Origin: Chrysomallon squamiferum
Taxonomy: Eukaryota; Animalia; Mollusca
DNA: 64,000 nucleotides
Assembly (NCBI GenBank): GCA_012295275.1
Contig: CM022673.1
Location: 3,410,001 to 3,474,000, forward strand
Direction of reading: 5' to 3'
The translations under genes and the position numbers were made by a program. Each line of letters begins with the position of its first letter. Position 1 is the first letter of the stretch. Below, piece by piece: positions 1 through 12,899 of the stretch. The notes below the pieces were generated by a model that had not been told where the DNA came from, ran no database searches, and saw only the letters and a list, made by a program, of their open reading frames with translations.

Positions 1-107
1 TAATAACAATAGTGGTGATAGTAGTAGTAATAGTATTAGAAGAAGAAGAGATAGCAATAGTAGTTTTAGTAGTCGTAGTCGTTGTAGCAGTAGTAGAGGA
101 GAAAAAA

Positions 108-281
108 GGCTGTCGTTTTCAGATCAGAAGTAATGGATCTTCTCTACATACCCTTAAACAGGATAATATAGTTATAAATCTGCAGTACATCTATTCGACT
201 GAATTTTCATTTCGTGAACACATTTAGACAGACAGAGATATTCTGGCTTATGAAAGAACTTCAGTATAAAAGCCAGACTGT
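108..281. repeat. Intronic block, inverted homolog of 24242-24410
   Basis: ~170 bp near-identical reverse complement. Confidence 0.9.
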
Positions 282-291
282 GCTGTTTTGG

Positions 292-334
<43 letters not shown>

Positions 335-571
335 TTTTTTATTTTTATTTTTGTTTTTATTTTTATTTTTATTTATTTAATTTGTTTCGTGTACAACGCA
401 GTATGAAATGAAATACTACGTGATCGCAAAATGGCGACGATATCTCACTTTCACGTTTCGGCAGACGATATTGTCTATGGAATTTTTTTTTTTTTTTTTT
501 TTTTTTTGACTCGCTATCTGAATGTTTTCACCTCAGAGCAGATATTAAATAGACATAATAAATTAGCTTAC

Positions 572-766
572 CTGCCGTTCCGCATTTGTAAGTGTTACAT
601 GCTTCTGTTGTAATGAGTATGTCACTTCCGTTGCAATCTCTGCCACCATTTTTGGGAACGGGATTGTTACACTTTCTTGTTCTGGTGACGTTCCACACCC
701 CGCCGTCACACGACGCAGAGCAGTCGCCGTGTATTCTTTTACTCCAGACGCTCCACCCTCCGTGAA
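572..766 (-). CDS. Gene A TSP1 exon
   Basis: VHGGWSVW...CSASCDGG...RTRKCNNPVPKNGGRDC...C...C; 195 bp, phase 1-1. Confidence 0.9.
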
Positions 767-1118
767 CTGCAACAACATTGCAAACATTGCAAACAGCGAC
801 GTTTACCTTATCGTCTTCATCACCACATCCATCATCATTATTATAAACACGCACACACACAGTGTTGTGGAATTTGGCGGTTTTTGGTGGGGTAGCGTTT
901 GTGAATAAAATAATCTGAATGTGTCATTAAGTGTGGATGCAGAGTGGGGCGACTGAGGGAGTGAATGAGTGAGTTAATGAGTGAGTGAATGAAAAAAAAA
1001 AAAAAAAAAAAAAGAAATAGCGATGGGTAAAGGAGACGTTGGGTATATATCTTTCCCATTTCTTTCCTGTTTTTCTTTTTTCTTTATATTCATTTTTTTT
1101 CTTTTGTTTTAATTTCTT

Positions 1119-1153
<35 letters not shown>

Positions 1154-2901
1154 TCATAATTTACTTTAAAAGAGATTTACTATTAAATAAATAAACTTAA
1201 CTACATAATGAACTGCAATCTTAGACATATATTCAGATATTTGTTTTTTTTCACAGACGCTCACATAACAGTGTAAACAAAAGTGTATACCAATAAATCT
1301 TCTCGTCAAACAACACGAAAACATATACCACAGAAAAAACATACATTTATATACAAACACCACGACCAAATTAGTGTAAAAAAAAAGAAAAAAAAATCAT
1401 TTGAAATTAAGCCATGTTTCGTATTTCAAAATAAAGTAACTCTTCAACAATACTTACCAACAATTGTTACGTAGCCACTGGATTCGAATTTATCAATCTT
1501 TATCATGTAGTTGCCGCCGTCCGCTGTTGTGCCTCCTTTGATCACGAGTCGATGCTTCGTGCCGTTGACACTGATGGCATAACGTCCCCCATTACTGATT
1601 TCTTTCCCGTTGAAATACCACGTGGCTTTAGCGCCTGCCAGTCTGTATTCTGCCTCCAGTACAATGTCTTTCCCAGAATCAACGCTCATGTTGTGAAGAT
1701 CCTGTAAAAACTCTGAAATAAATAAATAAAACTGATGAGTGAGAGAACGGATATATAACTAAGAAAATAAATTTAATAAAGTAATGAATTACAAAAGATC
1801 CAGAAAGATAAATAAATGGATAAAAATGAAAAATTCATACGTATGTACGAATAATTACATGTGATAAGTATAACTGTGAATTAATAAATTATAACAAAAT
1901 TCCCTCCAGAACAAACCAAACAACCCAAAAGTCAGCTAAATAAAATCATCAACAGAAAGATTAAAAACAAAGAAAGAAAAGATATAAATATAGTCAAACA
2001 ATCAAAAAATATTCAGCAAACCAGTGAACTAGAACAAAAAAACAAACAATACTTTCACCATATTCAAAAATGAACAGATAAACGAAAACAAAAATTATCT
2101 TAAAAACAACACAACCGTGAACAAATTTTTTATTTTTTATTATTTTTTTTCTGTAGCTTTTTTTCACACGCCCTAATTTCAGTGACGACTCAGTTCCCAA
2201 TACTGTTGCGAAATAAAATAAATAATAAATTCATTTTATACGTGGACAGTGGTATAAATAGATCCATTTCATATCGTTCGTTTAATTACATCTATCATTT
2301 CACGCTTAAGTTTAGAAGCGGTTCACAGACATAAAAATATAATAACATAAAAACGGAAGAAAGGCAGGCCATTAAAAAACAAAAACTCTTTTGTTGTCAA
2401 TAGGCCTAAACGAACGAGTTAATAATTAAGTTATTATAATAATTGTAAATAAATTCAAAAAATAAACCAAACTAATAAATAAATTAACAAATAAAATAAT
2501 AAATGTCAAAAACAACAAGTAAAACAAAAAATTTAAATAATACAGCACAAAAGAGTCCACAACACATAACATATAATACAGACTATTGTCGAGATTTTGT
2601 AGACATACCTAGAACAGTCACATGTGCTCTGGATTTTGACTCTCCAACCGTTAGAACGTATTTTCCATTGTCGCTAAGCTTAGCGTCAGAGATGGTGAGG
2701 TTGTAGGTGGCGCCGTTGACGGTGATGTGGTAGCGACCCCCATTCTTAATGACGACACCGTTGTGTGTCCATGACGAAAAGTTTTGGGCCTCGTTAGTTC
2801 TTCCTGACAAACTGATAGTGTCCCCCACGGGCACGGTGACGTTCTTCAGATCAATTTCGAAAATAACTAATAACAATAATAATAATAATAATAATAATAA
2901 C

Positions 2902-2951
<50 letters not shown>

Positions 2952-3310
2952 CAATAATAATAATAATAATCATAATAATAATAACAATAATAATAATCAT
3001 AACAACAATAATAATAATAATAATAACAACAATAATAATCATAACAATAATAATATTAATAATAATAATAATAGCAATAATAATAACAACAATAACAACA
3101 ATAATGATGATGATGGTGATGGTGATGCTAATGTTGATGATGCTGACAATGACAACAAATTATACAATTTGAATGTGCAAAAATAAAAATAAATATACCG
3201 AAAGATATACATATAGAGCCGTAAATACGTGCTTTTGTACATACATACATATATATACATACATGTGTGTGTGTATGTTCGTGTGTTCGTGTGTGTGTGT
3301 GATTGTGTGT

Positions 3311-3381
<71 letters not shown>

Positions 3382-3456
3382 GGTAACACTAACCTGTGCA
3401 GACTCGGGAAGCTAAATGCAGGACGACACCTTCAAAGTCTCCAAACTCGTCGAGTT

Positions 3457-3527
<71 letters not shown>

Positions 3528-4233
3528 GGTAACACTAACCTGTGCAGACTCGGGAAGCTAAATGCAGGACGACACCTTCAAAGTCTCCGAACTCGTCGAG
3601 TTCCGTGACCTGGTCGCTAGACGACGCGATAGCGCGAAGCTCTGCCTGCATTTTCGCTTTCTGCTCTTCGTTCTTGTACTGATTGATGCCGACGATGAAG
3701 ATGTTGATGCCACTCGCTTTAGCTCTCTCGGCCGCTGCCTGCGTCTTTTTGGGGTCGTAGGAGATGCCGTCAGTGATGACGATCATGATGTCCGAGCCAG
3801 CTTTTCTGCCTGTTGTCTGTTTGAAAAAAATACTTTCCTGAATTTCACACCATTTTTTTATATATCAGCTCAGCTGAGGTGGTTGGTGTGTGAGGTAATT
3901 CCCATTCTAACCAGAATTCTACGTCTCTTTAATAAAAGTGCGTGATGTCTACTTTTTTTCCCCATCTGTGGGAAGGTGAGTATAAATGATTCTTTTTGCT
4001 GATAATCCAAAAAGACTAAACATTTTTACGTGGCAATAGCGTTTTTCCTCTCTATTTATATACGCAGGTTTTAGCAATATTTCTTATTAATTTGCTTTTT
4101 TGTTTTGTTTGTTTGTTTGTTTTTTTGTTTTCAGCTTTCTAAATGTGAGAATAATTATATATTTTATAACAACATATTGTTATCGATTAACAAATAAAAC
4201 TTCTAAATAAGTCAAAAATACAAAATAATAACA

Positions 4234-4267
<34 letters not shown>

Positions 4268-5024
4268 TAATAATAATAATAATGATGATGATGATATAAT
4301 AATAATAATAACAACAACAACAATAATAATAATATTAATAATAACAACAACAATAACAACAACAACAATAATAATAATAATAACAACAATAATAATAATA
4401 TTAATAATAACAACAATAACAATAACAATAATAATAATAACAATAATAATAATAACAACAACAATAACAATAATAATAACAATAACAATAATAATAATAA
4501 CAACAACAATAACAATAATAATAATAACAACAACAATAATAATAATAACAATAATAATAATAACAACAATAACAATAATAATAACAATAATAATAATAAT
4601 AATAATAATAAAACTGTAACATGACAGTAAAAGCTGGCGTTCACCTACCTCAAAAAGAGTTTTTGCAGCATCAATGGCTTCGTCTGTGTGAGTCCCGGCA
4701 TCGGGGTACTTCAGAGCAAAAATGCTTTTCTTCAGACTGGCGAGGTTGTTGGTGAGGGCGATGGTATCAGTGACGCTGGAGCTGTAAAGGACCATGCCGA
4801 CTTGGACGATGCTGTTTTCGTTGGCTAATATCAGTTCGATGAAGTGTGTTAGAGCTTTTATCATGAAGTTGAAATTTTTCTGGTTGACGCTCTTTGATCC
4901 ATCCAGGACAAACACAATGTCGATTTCCAGTCCACAGTCTGGAACAGAGAAATCACAGACGGGTGGAAGCATGGACCGACGATGTCATATCGGGGTATAT
5001 TCTAATATTTACGATTTTTCTTTT

Positions 5025-5059
<35 letters not shown>

Positions 5060-5271
5060 TTAACTTCATTTTTCATTCATTCATTCATTTAGATTCTGAG
5101 TTATTTATACCCGTATTTTATTTTATTAAATACATGTTGTTTTTTTGTTACTTATTTATATATTCAATTTTATTTATTTTTTTTTTTTTATTTTTTTATT
5201 CGTTTGTTTATGTTTATTTATATAATTTTTTTCTTATTGACATTAATTATTTTATTCATTCGATTATATAG

Positions 5272-5302
<31 letters not shown>

Positions 5303-5469
5303 TATTTATTTATTTACTTATTCATTTACGTATTTATTAACATCCTTAATATATCATATAAATTGCGCAACGTACCTTTGAATTCAACTTTAGCTTCAGA
5401 ATTTGTTGGTTTAAATACAAGGAAAAAAACAAAGGCCAAAAGAAACCACATTGTCGAATGGGACAACAT
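572..5469 (-). CDS. Gene A (3'-partial, spliced): secreted/surface SP-vWA-Ig-Ig-TSP1 protein; exons 5469-5376, 4938-4649, 3816-3540, 2866-2609, 1712-1458, 766-572; continues left of the window
   Basis: Six exons with GT-AG boundaries join in one frame (phases 1,0,1,1,1,1). They give a hydrophobic signal peptide, a vWA MIDAS DGSKS motif, two I-set Ig domains and a TSP1 domain. Confidence 0.85.
1458..1712 (-). CDS. Gene A Ig (I-set, Cys-less) exon 2
   Basis: WYFNGKEI...GRYAI...HRLVI...DGGNY; 255 bp, phase 1-1. Confidence 0.88.
2160..2410. repeat. ~250 bp dispersed repeat, direct copy at ~6000-6255
   Basis: Near-identical sequences, each bordered on the left by T-runs. Confidence 0.85.
2609..2866 (-). 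CDS. Gene A Ig (I-set, Cys-less) exon 1
   Basis: WTHNG...GRYHI...LTISDAKLSDNGKY; 258 bp, phase 1-1. Confidence 0.88.
2870..3130. repeat. (AAT/AAC)n microsatellite
   Basis: Directly visible; similar tracts at 4225-4610, 9330-9410, 11455-11590, 12840-12900, 24120-24225, 29210-29340 and 30830-30920. Confidence 0.95.
3378..3458 (-). repeat. Duplicated 3' end and donor of the vWA exon between (TG)n tracts
   Basis: ~80 bp copy of 3523-3603 with 1-2 differences. Confidence 0.85.
3540..3816 (-). CDS. Gene A vWA domain, C-terminal exon (TTGRKAGSDIMIVITDG...LASRVCT)
   Basis: IVITDG MIDAS Asp, GINIFIVGI and ELRAIAS motifs; 277 bp, phase 0 to 1. Confidence 0.9.
4649..4938 (-). CDS. Gene A vWA domain, N-terminal exon (DCGLEIDIVFVLDGSKSV...GTHTDEAIDAAKTLFE)
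   Basis: DxSxS MIDAS motif and VGMVLYSS beta strand; 290 bp, phase 1 to 0. Confidence 0.9.
5376..5469 (-). CDS. Gene A signal-peptide exon MLSHSTMWFLLAFVFFLVFKPTNSEAKVEFK
   Basis: Acceptor AG at 5492-5491, ATG at 5469, phase-1 donor GTACG; hydrophobic core; homologous to gene C exon 23291-23378. Confidence 0.8.
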
Positions 5470-5829
5470 GGCTTGCCTTTTTTCTGTCTCCTGAAAAACA
5501 AAAGGAATACAGATTATTAGAGATAACATATTGATAAAATGTTTCTTACACAAACAAATTATTTTATTATTAAAATATTATTATTATAATAGTAGTAGTA
5601 GTAGTAGTAGTAGTAGTATTATTATTTTATTAGTAGTATTAGTAGTAGTATTATTATTATAACAGGAAGAAGAAAGAGAAGAAAAAGTGAAAAATAATAA
5701 GGTCACACACGAAAAAATACAATAAAATGACCTATAATAATATAAAAATAACTGCAGGGTAATTAACATCGATTATATTACGAATATCATCAACATTTAT
5801 AGAACTTTCACTTCTAACAATATGCTTAC

Positions 5830-5970
5830 CGATTTAACAATAAATATGATAAATTTCACTTTCTCTCTGACGAAATTAAATTTATAAACTCAGTAAGTAA
5901 CTGTACTCCTGTTTACTTTGTATGTAAAGGAGTAACTACATTTTCTTCTGACTGTCGTTGAAAACTTTCC
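5830..5970 (-). promoter_or_regulatory. Gene A core promoter and non-coding exon 1
   Basis: Reverse-complement homolog of 22985-23150, which has a TATA box; donor CG|GTAAG at 5830/5829. Confidence 0.55.
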
Positions 5971-7377
5971 ATCTTTTTTTTTCTTTTTTTTTTTAGGCTT
6001 TTTTTCACACGCCCTAATTTTCAATGACGACTCAGTTCCCAATACTGTTGCGAAATAAAATCAATAATAAATTCATTTTGTACGTGGAGAGTGGTATAAA
6101 TAGATCCATTTTATATCGTTCGTTGAAATTATATCTATCATTTCACGCTTAAGTTTAGAAGCGGTTCACAGACATAAAAATATAATAACATAAAAACGAA
6201 AGAAAGGAAGGCTGTTAAAAAACTAAATCTTCTTTGTTGCCAATGCGCTAACGTTAAACACAAATGTAAACCTCCCAATAGCTGAATTTCACAGGCGGAA
6301 TTTTCTGAACAGAAGAAATCAATGGGTGACTGTTTTGAAATACGTTATGGTTATGGACTCTATAATCCATTTTCGGATGTTTTTTTGTGTATTATGCTCA
6401 TTGTATAAAATCACAAAGCGATAAATGAAATGTTAAAATCCGTAATAAAACCTGTTCCCATTTTTGCTATTTCGCTTTAACAGATTTTGTTTCTTTTTCT
6501 TCGTTCTTTTTTTTAAATTTTCTTCTTATTATTATTATCATTTCATTTTTCGTTTTTCAGATAAATAGGTAATATTCAGATACTGCCACATACAAATTTT
6601 GTCGCATTTACATTAAAATGAAAAATTTATAAATAAGTAATAAAAATAGATTTGCTCTCTTGACTTCAATATATTTATCTCACTTTCTCATATTCTTTTT
6701 CCCAGTTGGATACCTGATTGCCATTAACATAAACTAGTACAAGGATACAGACATATAAGAAAAATAAACCGTGTCTACACAACGAAAAGAGGTAGAGACC
6801 TATATATTTGTGTACTATTAAATAAAGCTCGGTAACTGAACATGAATATGTACACGCACATTTGATGAGCTTGAAAGAACGTTCTTTCTATATCAATAAT
6901 AAATTCTACATGCAACCTAAATATTACATACATACGTATATACATGCATATATATACGTACATACAATATTATTCAGAATCTATACATAAACTTGCATGT
7001 ATCTATTGATTCCGTTTCACTCCTATATTTTTTATTCTTCGAGCAGTGCGTGTTACTTATTTTTTTTATTGGTGCTAATGTCTTTCTAAAATTGTCAGGC
7101 CACACATAAAAACGTTGTTGTCCCTGTTGTTGTAGGAAAGAAATCGTGTCCTTTCCTGTGGGTGTACATGTTATTCATTTTCTCGGTTTCTTTGAGAAAC
7201 AATAAATAATGGTTGAGAAACGGTGAAAAGTCGATGCGTGATATATGACGTTAATACAAGCAGCAGGGAAGTCTCGATATTTTCTAACGAGTTGCGTTAT
7301 TTTACAATGGTTTGTGTCAGGCCTTGTCAACGAAGAATTATGCCGTCGTTATTTATTTATTTATATTTTTGTTGTTG

Positions 7378-7421
<44 letters not shown>

Positions 7422-7711
7422 TTGTCTGTCTGCCTATCTACATGTGTGTGTGTATGTGTGTGTGTGTGTGTCTATTATTTTTATGGATTGTTATTTTCAT
7501 TTTCATTTTGCTGTTTCAATAAACTAATAATAATAATAATAATAATAATAATAAGACATTAAGACAGAAAGAAGGAAAGAAACAAATAATATTTAATCAA
7601 AATATGCGTAATTCGTCATTCATTTAAGTTGATGACGTCATCGAGTTTCATCCGGAAGGAATCTGGGTATCTTAATCAAGAGTACCGCATGCACGATTGC
7701 CAACCATAATA

Positions 7712-9328
7712 ATGATAAAGGTAATTTAACAAAATAAAAACAGTATATATACATAAATACTAGGAAGTTTTACCTTTATTAATTTATGTATCATATCTTT
7801 AATTAGTTATTTATTACTGTTATTATATAACAATTTATTATGATTGTTATTTATTTCATTTCTTAGACTTCTGCAAAAATAAACACTGAATCAATAACAA
7901 GAGGTTGGAATATCATATTGCTCATTTTTCTTATGGAACTGCATTCTTCTCTAGGTATATATTATCATCATCATTATCGACATCGATATCATTGCTATTG
8001 ATAATACCTTTCTGTCATTTTTTTTCAACTGTCTTTCCAAAGAAACAAAAAAAGGTGACCAGTAACTTATGACGATTATAATAATGGCGATAATGATGAC
8101 GACGACAATCAATTATTTAATAATTTATTATTATTATTATTATTATTATTATGATTGTTGTTGTTGTTGTTGTTGTAACTGTTGATGTTGTTCTTACTGT
8201 TGTAGGGGGTTTGTTATTAATTTAATAATTAGTTTTTTCAGTAGTTATTACAAATTGTAATTTTTTTTTTTATCTTTTGTATTGGGGATTGGGTATTTTG
8301 TTTTAGTTACTGATGTTTTTTATTTCATTTTTCTTTTTGCTGTTGTATTATTGTTGTAGTAGTTGTTGTAGTAGTAATTATATTAATGGGCTAGTGTTGT
8401 TTTTTTAAATATGTATTATTAGCATATTATTACTGTGTGTGTATGCGTGTCTGTCTATCCATCTCTCTAGCTAGCTAGCTATGATATATATCTGTAGGTA
8501 TTTCAGTAACACTTTCCGGCTCATCCACGGTAGCGGAATACAACAAACCATTCACTTTAACATGTCGAGTTACCGAAGCGTCCGAGCTGAAAGACGAGAT
8601 ACGGTTTTACAAGAAAACCGATGAGGCGATGTCGACGTTCTCTTCCAAAGATCAGCACATGGATTTCTGCGAGGTATTTATATCGCCGCCTCCTGGTTAC
8701 ACGTTAACGTGTGGTCAGGGCACGGACAGGGCAGAAAGCGAGGTTAAGCTGTACAGTTTACAAATTGAGAAAGTCGCAGATCACGATGTCACTGAATGGA
8801 GCTGCAGACTAGTAGCATCTGATGTCATTTCCAAATACACGCTTCAGATAAAAAGTATGTTTAATGTGTCTGTGTACATATTCATTTCATATTGATTTTA
8901 TTTTTGTTTAGTTTAGTTTAGTTTATTGGTGTACTTTTTAAATACGCTTTCGGGTCCATGATCACTTTTTCAGTCGAACAATATTATTTATCCAAAGAGT
9001 ACGTTATATCCATAATAATTATACAATTACACGCGATCACACAACATGGTTATAAAAGAACATTACACTGTCTTTAATTTTATATATATATATCAGAAGA
9101 TTTCATTCTCATAGAGGATGGTGGTTGGGGTCCATTTAGTGAGGACAAACCAGGAACATGTTCTACGAAATGTGGAACTGGAACCAGGAAGGTCACTAGA
9201 ACAAGAAAGTGTAACAATCCGGCGCCAACAAATGGCGGTGAGATGTGTCAAGGCAAAGACAAAGTTGTCAGAACAGAAGTGTGTGAAATATTTAGATGCA
9301 ACTGTAAGCCTCTAATTATTATTATTAT

Positions 9329-9411
<83 letters not shown>

Positions 9412-9851
9412 TCAACATCATCATCATCATTATCACCATCATCATTATCATTATTATTATCAATGTTTTGGTTAATATTATTTTATTACAATTATAGTTG
9501 TTGTTGTTGATCATGTAGAGGTTGCTGTTAATGATGAGGTAGATACACGTAGACGCACAAACACATATGTTGGTACTGATATTAATGTTTATTTAACTGT
9601 TGTCGAAATAAAAAAATAAATAAAATAAAATAAAATAAAGTGTTTTTTTATATAATAATTTATTCTTCTTCTTCTTCTTCTTCTTCTTTCTTCTTCTTCT
9701 TATTATTATTATTATTATGATGATTTTTGCAGTTGCAATTTCTGCGGCTAACAGAAAGTCAGTGTTTATGATAAAGTTATGGGATACAACGAAAAGTACG
9801 TCATGTATTTTCTTCTTGCTCTGCTTCTTGGTCGTGGCTCTGATGATGTGA
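7712..9851 (+). CDS. Gene B (complete, spliced): SP-Ig-TSP1-GPI-signal protein; exons 7712-7720, 7867-7954, 8498-8854, 9115-9303, 9733-9851
   Basis: Exons join in frame: MIK|TSAK...WNIILLIFLMELHSSL, an Ig with LTC...YSLQI...WSC, a TSP1, and a hydrophobic C-terminus IFFLLCFLVVALMM*. The 9-bp first exon is the least certain part. Confidence 0.8.
8498..8854 (+). CDS. Gene B Ig exon (disulfide-type, extra Cys pair)
   Basis: PFTLTCRV...DFC...TCGQG...YSLQIEKVADHDVTEWSC; 357 bp, phase 1-1. Confidence 0.85.
9115..9303 (+). CDS. Gene B TSP1 exon
   Basis: DGGWGPF...CSTKCGTG...RTRKCNNPAPTNGGEMC...C...C; 189 bp, phase 1-1. Confidence 0.9.
9733..9851 (+). CDS. Gene B terminal exon, putative GPI-anchor signal
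   Basis: Small residues (ISAAN), a spacer, then a hydrophobic tail ending at the stop with no cytoplasmic segment. Confidence 0.7.
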
Positions 9852-10726
9852 TTACTGTTGTACTTGGACTAATGGTGTGGATGTTTGGCTGTAACAGTAT
9901 AACAAACACGTCGACGGTTCGAGACTGGATTATCCAGTAGACCAAGCAGACACGTGTTTATGAACCCAAGAAAGTAAGTAATCAGTGAGGTATGGATTTA
10001 TTTATACATTGTAATTAAAATAAGCACTTACTAAAAGATAATATTGTGCTACAAATCAGTATATTAAATACATGTATATGATGATGCGAGCGTTCCTGCA
10101 AAAAAATTGTTGTAATGGCGTCTGTCGTGGTAGTAGTGTTACTAAACGTAGTAGTAGTAGTAGTATCAGTAGCAATAGTAATGGTATTGGTAGTTGTAGC
10201 TACTATTGTTGTTAATATTAATACTTAATTGTAGTGCAGCTGAAACAGCAGTAATTGTAATATAATGGAAATAATAGCTAATTAATATAAAAAAAAAATA
10301 TTGTATATATAATTATATAGAGAGTTTGGGTCAATTTCTTTGATTATTTATTTGTTTTATGTATTCATTCATTTGTTTATTTAATGTATTATTGTTTTAG
10401 AACATCTCTCAACTGGACTGCATCTACAGTTTTTTAGTCATAATTAGTTCAGATCTACTTTTTTTCTTGAACCCAGCATTAGAGACATAAAGGAAAAGAC
10501 TGACGGAATCTTTTCATCGATTTAATGCCAAAATCTGATCAGAAATTAAAATGATTGTGCCATTACAAGAGAGACGTAAAGATAAATCAACCAGTCAGTA
10601 ATAAAAAGATCAAAGTATTTTACTACTTCGTAAGGACTATTCTGAAAAAGTAATAAGAACGTTAAATTGTGCCAACATTATACATTTCAAAGTTATCGCA
10701 ATAATACTATACTATGTGTGTACATA

Positions 10727-10791
<65 letters not shown>

Positions 10792-11220
10792 ATATGTGTA
10801 TATGTATGTGTGTGTTTGTATGTATGTATGTATGTGTGCGTGTATAAGTGCATGGAACTGTGACAGCATAATAAGGAAAACAAGCAAATGTTAGTAAATC
10901 ACTGGACGGTTATTTCATTATCATATTTGTTAGTAACAACGAAGTTACATGTTAAATGTACAAATATTACGCATGTTGAGTATTCTTGTGTTTAATTTTT
11001 AATTCTTTATAAATTATTTACGAAATCACTCATTAGGCCAATCGATATGTATTAATGTACATAACTTACATTTTATCAAATAAAATATTTATATATTTAT
11101 AATATCCGATATCTTTATTTATTTTATTTTATTTTTTTTTTTTTTTCTTTCTTTCTTTCTTAATATCATTGATATTAAGGAATAAATATATGCATTAAAT
11201 ACAAAAATTGGTCTACGATT

Positions 11221-11415
11221 AGTGAGCGGAAACCCACCGCAGCATAGAATCTTATGAATATTTTCACAAAGATATGAAACCATGAACTATGCATGGCTTC
11301 TAATTGCGTTGTACGTTGTCTGGGACGGGAAATGGGCCGATAACGTCGCTGAGGAGATCTGAGCCAGCGACAGTTAGTACTTCATGAACTCTAAACAGTA
11401 AACCAGAGCGATCCA
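11221..11415. mobile_element. Degenerate SINE-like relic (paralog ~29940-30130)
   Basis: GC-richer island (ggaaacccaccgc...tgggacgggaaatgggcc...) next to an (AAT)n tract. It resembles, from memory, gastropod tRNA-derived SINEs; not verified. Confidence 0.3.
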
Positions 11416-11451
11416 GATATTTTTTTATTTATTAATTTATTGTTATTTTAA

Positions 11452-11512
<61 letters not shown>

Positions 11513-11913
11513 TTAATAACAATAACAATAACAATAACAATAATAATAAAAATAATAATAATAATAATAACAATAATAATAATAATAAAATTCACAGTCA
11601 GGAATCTGCCGGAAAACGCAGGCTATAAAAATACTATTTTCTTTCATTAGCTTGTATAATATGCATTTAGTCCCACACAATACCGAAGTGTCGGAATATT
11701 CTCGTAGTTCAGCGCATGGCTTTCAGAAACACCCATATCTTGTGTCACAAGTGTTGCAAATGACTTACAAGATTGTTAGGCTGTTGTGAGTATGAATCAT
11801 TTATTAGAAGATTTATCGTGTGAAAATTCCAACACTTGCTGTTCGAATTGAAATATATTCTTGACAAGTGATCTAATGTTAAAGTATTCGCCTCGAACGT
11901 GATAGTTTGCATG

Positions 11914-12070
<157 letters not shown>

Positions 12071-12836
12071 GAATGACTGATAATTGCTCTGTTTTCCTTA
12101 TACTATCATTGTTAGAGAAATGAGTTCATTTAGAAGAATGAAGGATAAGATGGAGGTAAAGAATAGTTCATTTTATTCGGCAGGCATAATAAGAAGAAGA
12201 AGAAGAAAAAAAAAAGAAGTAAAAGAATATAACAGGAGTAACAAAAACAACAATAATAATAATGCATACGTTTTATTCTCCACATGGATTTTAAGTTGAC
12301 GTAAATAAAATTTTCCGTGCAATGCTTTTATAACCGTCGATCATATTTTAACACTTTGGCTTGGAGTTCCATCGATTAGTTTATTCACTGACTTATGATA
12401 CCTGTATTACAGATGTTTACGAAATATTCGGTTAAAATACCTGTGCATTTCTGTTCCCATCTCAAATTTAGCATAATAAATATTAACCCAGATACGCCTC
12501 TCCCATGCAAAACGTAACAACATGACAAGTGTGTAGCAGGTTATTCACAGCGATGAGTCAAAGGACGTCTCGTAGTAAATTAAACAGTTCTGGAAGATCT
12601 TTTGTCCGCCCGAGAATAAACCTGTAGTTATTTGATCAGTTCATAGTGATTTATGGCAAGAAGGCTTTTCAGCTTCACTTATTTTATGTACTTCAAATGT
12701 CATTACAGAATCTAAATATACTGTCACCTGATTTTTACTGATTTGTTTATTACTGTTAGGTATGTCGGCATTCCGTAGATTGTATTTTATTTTATTTTAT
12801 TTTATTTTATTTTATTCATTCATTCATTCATTTCTA

Positions 12837-12899
<63 letters not shown>

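Noticed and set aside
214-411. MNTFRQTEIFWL ORFs at 214 and 24309
   Set aside because: GTG-start frames in an intronic homology block that run into microsatellites.
2749-4644. Poly-N/L/I/Y/CV ORFs (also at 7223-7562, 9248, 11899, 24052, 30686)
   Set aside because: Translations of (AAT)n, (TG)n and (AG)n microsatellites.
572-5469. Gene A as true hemicentin
   Set aside because: Only two Cys-less Igs precede the TSP1, and the vWA is of collagen/matrilin type; the resemblance is domain order only.
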